Below are positions 55,201 to 64,000 of a stretch of DNA of 64,000 bases, piece by piece. The DNA is from Octopus vulgaris (lineage: Eukaryota). The translations under genes were made by a program, and so were the position numbers. The stretch is from assembly GCA_951406725.2 (NCBI GenBank), contig OX597821.1:54684001-54748000 (forward strand), in the 5' to 3' direction. The first letter of the stretch is position 1, and every line of letters starts with the position of its first letter. Under the pieces are notes generated by a model that searched no databases, was not told where the DNA came from, and worked only from the letters and a program-made list of their open reading frames with translations.

Positions 55201-56097
55201 AAAGTTTCACAGGCAATACAGAACCCTGAGGACACTAAACACCTGCAATGTGAGCTGGACGAAATATACAAGTGGGCTGAAAAGAATAGCATGCAGTTCA
55301 ATGCTGGAAAGTTTCAAGCTTTATACTATCAGCATGCAAAACTGAATGCAATACCCAATGAATACACTGGACCCGGAGGGATTGCAATCCCAGAGGCACA
55401 ATCAGTGCATGACCTGGGTATTCACATGAGTGATGACGCGACCTTTCATGTACATGTTGCTAAACTGACAATGAAATGTAGACGGCTGGCTGGATGGATT
55501 CTTAGAACCTTTAGAACAAGAGAACAAGAAACCATGATGGTCCTCTGGAAGACACTTGTCCTAAGCCACTTTGACTATTGCTCTCAGCTATGGTCACCAT
55601 CCAGTGTCAAGTTGATCACAGAACTTGAGGCGATCCAACGAAACTACACAAAGAAGATAGCCTCTATGCAGAATGTAAGCTACTGGGAAAGACTCAAGAG
55701 ATTAAAATTATATTCCCTGGAGCGTCGGCGGGAAAGATATGCCATAATATACATCTGGAAGATCCTGGAGGGAAGTGTCCTGAACTTTGGCATCGAGAGT
55801 TACGCAAATGCCAGAACTGGGCGCCACTGCGTGGTGCCTAGGACTCCAAACCTGCCATCAAGATGTAGGACAAGATTCTGTGATAGCCTGGGCTTCTGAG
55901 GCCCACAGCTCTTCAATATCCTCCCGAAGAACCTGAGAGACCTGCATGGGGTGGATACAGATGTCTTTAAAATGAAGCTGGATCTCTTCCTGTCAGGTGT
56001 CCCAGATGAACCAACTTCACGGCAGGAGGGGCAGATGAGGGCAGCTGCATCGAACTCTCTCATGCACCAAATAGCAGTTGCTAGAAAGCCTCCATGA
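52238..56097 (+). pseudogene. LINE coding region: Myb/SANT-like domain, CCCH zinc finger, APE endonuclease and reverse transcriptase (1175-aa ORF 52372-55899 plus disrupted ends)
   Basis: CX7CX8CX3H at 52759-52824; EN motifs LLNIRGL, TETHL, MGDFN, NTLDL, SDHN; RT motifs QHGFR, YLDFAKAFDKV, SGVPQGTVLGP, YADN; frameshift at about 52350; TGA at 55897 with the frame continuing open to 56097. Confidence 0.9.
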
Positions 56098-56215
56098 AGT
56101 GAAACCAAGTAGCAACACCAAATGGCGGTGCCCCAGCATGGCCACAGCTCATAAGCTGAAACTAGAATCAATCAATCAATCAATCAATCAATCATGTATG
56201 CATGTATACACATGC

Positions 56216-56317
<102 letters not shown>

Positions 56318-56680
56318 ATATATTTGTGTGTGGAGTCAATTTCTTTTCTAAATGGAATGTATTGTAAATAATGTAGTATTAGAAACATGACTATAGCTTT
56401 GCTCAGATAGGCCTGATTAGGTGACTAACAACAAAAAAGCAACGTTAAAACAACAAGCAACAACAATAGCAATAACAAGAATAACAATGACAACAAATGT
56501 CACAACAACACTGATCTATGTCTAGATATAAATGTACTACTAATACAGAAGAGCAAGATGAAGTATTATGTTAAGAAATAAATATTTAAATTACACTTTG
56601 GTTTCTTCTCATTATCTCAATGTGCCAGCAGGTGCAGTCTTACTCATACACATCCATCCATCCATCCATACATACATACA

Positions 56681-56716
<36 letters not shown>

Positions 56717-56965
56717 TGTATACACACACATACACAGACACACATGCACGCACACACACACACATGCACACACACATTATAGATATATATATGGGTAAAA
56801 TCCAAGGATCCAAATGTAGGAGGTTAGTATGCTTCAAGCAGTCCATGGCAGGTATAGAAAACAAAAGTGGACTATGTTCAGGAAAAATAATTTATTGGCA
56901 ACAAAGGTTACACACTTTTCCCCATATCAAAGTTATGAAGTAATTCAATAAGGTGAAGATTTCTG

Positions 56966-56997
<32 letters not shown>

Positions 56998-57144
56998 TAC
57001 ATATATAGGAAAAATAGAAAGAGGTGACAAATCCCACACAAGTGTGTCAATTGTTTCCTAGGGCACTTAAGCAACATTTAACTACCTTGGAATTATTCCT
57101 TCAAATCCTTCCTATATATATCATATGTGTGTGTGTGTGTGTGT

Positions 57145-57363
57145 ATAATGTTATAATAAAATAACCGCTAACTTTGTTAACTACAGCTACCCAGGTTTTA
57201 CTGGTCAAAATAATTAATTTATTCCATCATTTATCAAGCTGAGAACAAGTCCATTGGTCACTTGTCTTTTGAGCTTGATAATTGGTGAAATAAATTATTT
57301 CGACCAGAAAACCCTTGGTAGCTGTATTTAACAAGATTTGTGGTTTTTTTCTTATAACATTAT
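57145..57363. repeat. Foldback palindrome or MITE with about 105-bp imperfect arms
   Basis: ataatgttataa..ttgttaactacagctacc..ctggtcaaaataat..tatcaagct..acaagt pairs with acttgt..agcttgata..attatttcgaccag..ggtagctgtatttaacaa..ttataacattat. Confidence 0.85.
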
Positions 57364-57589
57364 CTTTGCTCTCTTAGCAGATCAAATGCTTTCTTACTTG
57401 TTGAAGCATTATCACTATTGTATGTGTGTGTGTGTGTGTGTGCATAAATATGTGGCCTAGTGGTCAGGGTTTCAAGTTCACAACCATAAGGCTGTGGTCT
57501 TGATTCTTAGATCAAACTGCATATTGTTTCTTTCAATTGTTTTACACAATATCAATGTACCGGCCAGAACAGTCTTTCTTGTATACATA

Positions 57590-59094
57590 CTAGCAGTCAC
57601 CCAACCTTCACCCCAGTCTGTAATGTAATCAAATCTATTCATAAAGCATCTATTGGCATCTATCATAATGTCCACTTTCCTTAAAATAAAAAAAAAAAAT
57701 CTGAAATGGAATTTAAATATTGCAGCACGTATGTAACGTTTATTTAGAGTATTTATTTGTCAGAAGTCCCCATACAAAATAACAGTGAATCTTCCCATGA
57801 GTGTTGTGTTGTTATGGATATCTTTCAGTGTTCTGTCCAAAGCCTCCAATGCATATCTGTGTGCCATCGTGCATTCATCCCTCGAAATTTCCACATATCT
57901 TTGCAATACTTGGATAGTTCCTCAGTTCTTTAAATAACACACAGGTGTTTCATTCATACTGAGGCTCAAGTCTAATTTGAAAGCAGAATGAGCTGTCTGG
58001 CCTCCAGTTAAAAGTGTAGCAACAATTCTAGATGAAACACTCCAAATCCATTTTCAAGAGAAAAGTCAATAACAAGCACACTGGAGGTCTGATGTTGCAG
58101 ATGAGATTAGTTGAAAACACACAGTAAACCTAAATTATTACCAATTTTCTTTAGTACTAGACTACCTGTGTCTTGTTGGGTCACTGGGAAACTTTGAGTT
58201 TCCCAGTAACGGAGTTTTGTTTCATGGGTGTTTGTTTTCTTTTCCAGATTATTTCGCATCAAAATCATGCGTAAACAACTCCTCTCCCCAGAAAAGGAAT
58301 AATTTGATTGCCATTTCTTGCATGCGCAGCTACTACATAACAGGCATTTCGGGATCTTTATCACAAATAGCATTTACGTGGTAGGAGGGTGTGCTAGAAA
58401 TAGCAGCCAAATCTTTGGAGGTGAGATACGTTGAATGCACTTAAAAAAATCCTATGCAAAAAACTATTTCATACTAATGTTACAAATGGGTTTTTTCAAA
58501 ATATTTACGTTATTTTAAAAGTCATTTTCATTTTAAAATATTTTTGAACATGTCAAAATAAGTTTTTGCTAAGGTATTCACTTGAAAATAAAATTAAAAA
58601 AAACATTAAAATATTGTCTGTTTAAAGAAAGCTAAAATATAAATACTTACTGTACAAACAACTTATATTTTTGATATCACACTCTCACTTAAAAATATTT
58701 CTAAATTATTACAATATTGTGTTTAACAAAAGCAAAATTAGAAACATTCACTGTAAAAGACAATTTTTAACAACCACATTACATTTTACAATGTATTTTT
58801 TTATTCTCAAGTTACTGTCTAATCGAAAGATATGAGTTTCTTCCCCTTCAGGATTAAAATTATTTTTGGAATATTTTCCCATTGGGCACCGTTTTCGGCA
58901 TTTATACCCCTGAAAACCTCTGATATCTTAAAAACCACTTGTCTGATTTATGCAAACTCGTTTTATTTCGTCTGTATTAACATTTCAGGGTAAACTTAAT
59001 TCATAGTATTTTCCCATTATGCGCCAGTTTGGCTGGGTAACATTCCAATCAAACAAGCAAGCAATATACAAACTTCCTCTTATTAGGTAAAAGG
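57590..59094 (-). mobile_element. Internally deleted Helitron with a helicase remnant and both termini
   Basis: Minus strand IVATLLTGGQTAHSAFKL (motif Ia, about 57973-58026) and DECTMAHRYALEALDRTLKDI (motif II, about 57817-57879); 3' ggggtgaaggttgggtgactgCTAG|T; degenerate 5' end near 59094. Confidence 0.8.
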
Positions 59095-59321
59095 TCTACA
59101 TTCCATATATATATATATATATATGCATATATAAAATAATTTTTCTGTGGAAGTACTTTTTACTTACATATCTATCCCCACTGTTTGTACACGTGTATTT
59201 TACGTGTGTGTATGAGTAACTATTTTTACATATATGCATATATTGTCACTTATATGAAAATATTATTGCCTAGCAATGTATATCTCCGTTGCGAATGCAT
59301 GCAATAGAGTATATATATATC

Positions 59322-59623
59322 ACATGATCATGTGACCGACCAGACATTCAGATGTTGTTATACGTTGCTGGTCACAATGCTTTCGCATTGTTTTAGCCTT
59401 CGAATGATGCCACCCCACTGGTTAAGCAAGCAGACCAACAGAAGAAAGAGTGAGAGAAAGAGTGTTGAAAGAGTACAGCAGGGATCACCACCCCCTGCCG
59501 GAGCCTCGTGGAGATTTTAGGTGTTTTCACTCAATAAACACTCACAACGCCCGGTCTGGGAATCGAAACTGCGATCCTACAACCGCGAGTCCGTTGCCCT
59601 AACCACAGGGCCATTGCGCCTCC
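59322..59623 (-). mobile_element. tRNA(Arg)-like-headed SINE, same head family as 37755-38052 but with a different tail
   Basis: ggaggcgcaaTGGCCCTGTGGttagggcaacggactcgcgg..GTTTCGATTCC; shared aaacacctaa and ctctttctctcactcttt body motifs. Confidence 0.8.
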
Positions 59624-59715
<92 letters not shown>

Positions 59716-60429
59716 GTATATATATATGTATATATATATATATATATATGTATACATATATGTATATATATATATAGATGTGTGTGTACCTATATATATA
59801 TACCTATAGATGTATGTATATATGTACACTGTGTATACATAAGATTGTAGTCCTTTTTGGCTATGATTATTTTATACTTTATCTTTCACATTAATTCATT
59901 TAATTTCTTAAATTATTAAAATAACCACTGATTTATTCTCTCACTTATATCATACTATTTTTACTGTAACTTACAATCTAACATTTATTAACCAATTACT
60001 ACTATTATACTGTTATCCCTTTGCCAAGCTTTATACCTATATTAGTAATTATATGAGATTTAGTCCATTGAGATGTTTTGGAAAAATAACATGTTAATAA
60101 CCTAACTATATGTCTTTTTTACTTTTTCTATTCCTCTGAGGAGATTTTGCCCCCAAAATTGTTTTAATTACTGGAATTTAATTCATTTGGGTAGAATTAA
60201 AACAGCTGTAAGAGAACATTTTGAATTTTTTGCAGTTAATAAATTATATTAATGCTACTTCTCCATTTTCCGAATTTTAATTTGAATATTTATAAATAAA
60301 GTTTTAAACTTAAACCTATTATCTTTAGGAATATTAATATTCAAAACAAAATATTAGGTAACAAACCAGTAATTCTTTGGATATTTTCTATCCCTTAAGG
60401 TGGTTATTTTAACCGCTATTTAAACTTAA

Positions 60430-60497
<68 letters not shown>

Positions 60498-60589
60498 ATA
60501 TATATCACACTACATACATATCTATCTATCTATCTATCTATCTATATATATATATATATATATGCACACACACATACATATGTATATAT

Positions 60590-60635
<46 letters not shown>

Positions 60636-60775
60636 GTTTAAATATTTGTTGTGCAAGATATTTTTTGGCTAAACTGGCAATATGACCTTTCCGAAATATA
60701 ACAATATATATATATATATGGATATAAATATACATATACATACGTATGCATATATATATACATACACACACACAC

Positions 60776-60808
<33 letters not shown>

Positions 60809-61041
60809 CACATGTATGCATATATACATTCATATATATGCATATATATATATATACATATGTATGCATATATACATTCATATATATGCATATATATATT
60901 CATATATATGCATATATACATTCATATATATGCATATATATATTCATATATATGCATATATATATATACATATGATGTATGCATGTATACATTCATATAT
61001 ATGTATGTATATATATATTTCTCTCTCTCTCTCTCTCTCTG

Positions 61042-61072
<31 letters not shown>

Positions 61073-61427
61073 ATGAGTGTGTATCTGTGTGTGTGTGTGT
61101 ACATTAATTCCCACACATATACATAAGCATACGCATGTGTGAGTGTGTGAATGTTTGTTCATATGTGCATGTTTGTTTATATTTCTTAGATTGATGAAAT
61201 CTGTAAAATATGCTTTGCTTGGAAAAAGCAATAATAGTTTGAAAACAAATGAGTTTATTATTTAATTTCATATATATAGATTCAGACATGTCTGTGAAAC
61301 TGATAAGCAAAATTCAATTTACGATAAAAATTTGCAGCTTCATTTTGATTAAAATACCTGTGATTTCAGCAAAACATTTAGCATCCCTTGCTGTCACTCA
61401 CTTCATCTCTGTTTCTTGCTTTCCCAG

Positions 61428-61454
61428 CATTACTGATGAGACATAAGGATGTTT
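61428..61454 (+). CDS. Candidate 27-bp phase 1-1 microexon, peptide xLLMRHKDV
   Basis: Strong polypyrimidine acceptor ctcacttcatctctgtttcttgctttcccag, weak GTAAAT donor, only the phase-1 frame open. Confidence 0.25.
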
Positions 61455-62036
61455 GTAAATTATCTTTCCAACTCCCACACTACTGAACTTCATAGTGTAA
61501 GAGTCATTTATCATCCCCACACAATCCATATTTAGAAACAAAAGTCCATAATGAGAATGTCAGAGGTCAGATTAGTTGAAAATGCATGAAAGATCTTAGT
61601 CATTATCAATTGTGTTTAGCATTATTAGTGGTCAATGTACGAGCAAACTTGATTTTTATGAGTATATATGTGTGTGTATGTATGTGTGTGTATATATGTG
61701 TGTATGTATATATATGTGTATATATATATGTGTATATATGTGTGTAGATATATATATATATATCTACACACACACACATATATATATGTATATATATTGT
61801 TTTTATGTTTTCGTTTCTCATTGTGTTCAACATTTCTTTGGTGTCCTGTACCCATATAAGCATGTATATATACATATAGATGTAGGTATGTACATATATG
61901 TATGTATATATACATATGTATATATATATTATTTATGTTATATTTATATATATATTTATTCATTCACTTATATATATATATCTCAAATGTGAATATGCTA
62001 ACTGCTGTTGTGTTTTGTTGCAAAAGAAGAATTGAA

Positions 62037-62089
<53 letters not shown>

Positions 62090-64000
62090 GAGAGAGAAGA
62101 GTGATTTAGGTATACTGAGAGAAAGACAGTCAGTCAGGAAAAGAAAGTAGTGAAGATGAACGTGTGTGTGTGTGTGTTTGTGTGTGTATGTATATCATAG
62201 AAAGTATATTTCTAATTATCATGTGGTTTGTAAGATGATAACTTGTCAAATATAGTAAATTAAAGAACATAAGTCAGATTAGCCAAATAGCATCTGGTGC
62301 TTGGAATTAATATAGATTTTGCGTTGGAACAAAATGAATTATTTATGATTACAATTTCTGATTTTCGTCTTTTTATTCTGATTCATCTAAACATACTTAA
62401 CTAACATTTGTTAGCAAGTCTCTTAGTCATATTGTTAGAAATAATGCATTTCTAACAACAAAACTATAACCGTTGTCATGGCTGTCATTATTATAGCAAC
62501 AACAACAGCAGTCGTAGTTGTTACCCCCAGATCAGGTTTGACTCAGTAAATCTATGAGCAAAAGTATTTTAGACATGACATACTCCACCTACTGTTACTG
62601 AGTCATAGTTTAACAAGAAATAAATAATCTATTTTGTCTTTCCTTTGTTTTCAAGACAGGATGATGAGATTTGAAGGAGATTTGGCTACCTTTACTTACA
62701 GTTGAAGCAACTCCAAGGAGGCCCTCATTGACACAATTGTTGCATTAGTAGACTGTTTCTTCTTGATTAAACAAAAAAGGGTTCCATCATTGTCTCAATT
62801 GAAACTCCCTACATAGTTCAATAGAATCTGCCTCTTTTGCTCAGTAATTCCTTCCTTTCCTTAGCTACAAAATTAAATTTCCTCATTATTCTGGTAATCA
62901 TCATCATCATCATCATTTAACGTCTGTTTTCCATCCTGGCATGGGTTCGACAGTTTTACTGGAACTGGTAAGCCAGAGAGCTGCACCAGGTTTCAGTCTG
63001 ATTTAGCATGGTTTCTACAGCTGGATGACCTTCCTAACACCAGCCACTCCAAGAGTGTAATGGGTGCCTTTTACATGCCATCAGCATGGGTGCTTTCACA
63101 TGTCACTGGTACAGGCCCCTGTTATGGAGCACCAGCATGGGCCATGACTACATTTTCACTTGGCTTGATGAGCCTTCACAAGCACAGGATATTACCAAAG
63201 GTCTCAGTCACTTGTCATCACTTCTGTGAAGCTCAGTAATGATGTTAAATATCTACCAAAAAATAAATTATTATTTTCCACAAGTCATTGTTGCTTTGTC
63301 ACTTCAATATATCTCATCAAAAATTAGTTTCAAACATGACAGTCCTCAACCAAAGATAGATAAGTGCATAAAACCGCTTTGTGCAGTTAAATTTGTAGTG
63401 GATATATTCTGATTTCTGCAGAAAAGGATTAATTCAATAAAACTTTCTTTAATTTGGTTCTCCACCTCACAGCTATTATGGTGACACCATTAGTAGTTGG
63501 TGTGATGTAGGTTATATTAGGATTGCTTGTTTATTCATAAAGGTTAGGTTTAATGTTGTGATAGGATGTGATGTGCAATCAGTATAAAGTGTTGTAGGGG
63601 TAGTTACAGTAGTGGTTGTTGTAGTATAGGTGGTAGTGGCAGTTATTGTGGTAATGTGGTGATGGAGTTGAAATGTGTTGTAGTGATAGTGGTGGTAGAT
63701 ATAGATTCAGTTGATCTTCTAAAAGTGATAATAATAGCAGTGATAGTGCTGTTGGCAGTAGTACTAAGCAATTGTAATTACAGTGGTAGTAACTGTGGCA
63801 CACTATTAAATACATTATTGAAGAAAGTATGAAAATATCAAGAAAAAAAAATTGAAAAATAAATCATCAAAAATCCAAGTAAAAATTAAGAAATAAATGC
63901 CATATTTTTTTAATTGTTTTTATGAATAAATATTGATGCAGGATGATGGTATTTGCAGTGTGGTGTTGTGTGGTAGTCTGAGCTGGTGATGATGTGGTGG

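Larger units (their letters stand above)
50421..56193 (+). mobile_element. Probably full-length CR1-group (CR1/L2/Crack/Daphne-like) LINE inserted in a (TA)n tract, with an (AATC)n tail
   Basis: Unique leader from 50421, tandem array, ORF1-like region, APE-RT coding region, 3' stem-loop and (AATC)n at 56166-56193; (TA)n on both sides; the 5' boundary is inferred. Confidence 0.85.

Overview
Eukaryotic, very AT-rich, microsatellite-dense DNA. The SINE families and (TA)n/(AAT)n content look like an octopod cephalopod genome; this is inferred from repeat recognition, not from a search. Almost all ORFs in the supplied track are microsatellite artefacts, and the window reads as intronic or intergenic DNA packed with transposon relics. 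It contains: one near-intact, probably full-length CR1-group LINE (about 50421-56193); R4/Dong-type REL retroelement fragments; an L1/Tx1-type 3' fragment; RTE fragments; a truncated Ty3/Gypsy element enclosed by DNA-transposon TIRs; two degenerate mariners; Tc1-, pogo- and piggyBac-type MITEs; two Helitron relics; several SINE families; and an RPLP1 processed pseudogene. The most notable item is the LINE. A 2-bp repair restores an N-terminal Myb/SANT (trihelix-like) domain ahead of a CCCH finger, APE endonuclease and RT. Directly upstream, in the putative 5' UTR, lies a 21-unit modular higher-order AT-rich array. The LINE 3' stem-loop covaries with that of the most abundant SINE in the window. 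Also seen: a type I hammerhead ribozyme core (35532-35609), several foldback hairpins, and three tentative host exons. No prokaryotic or CRISPR system is supported.
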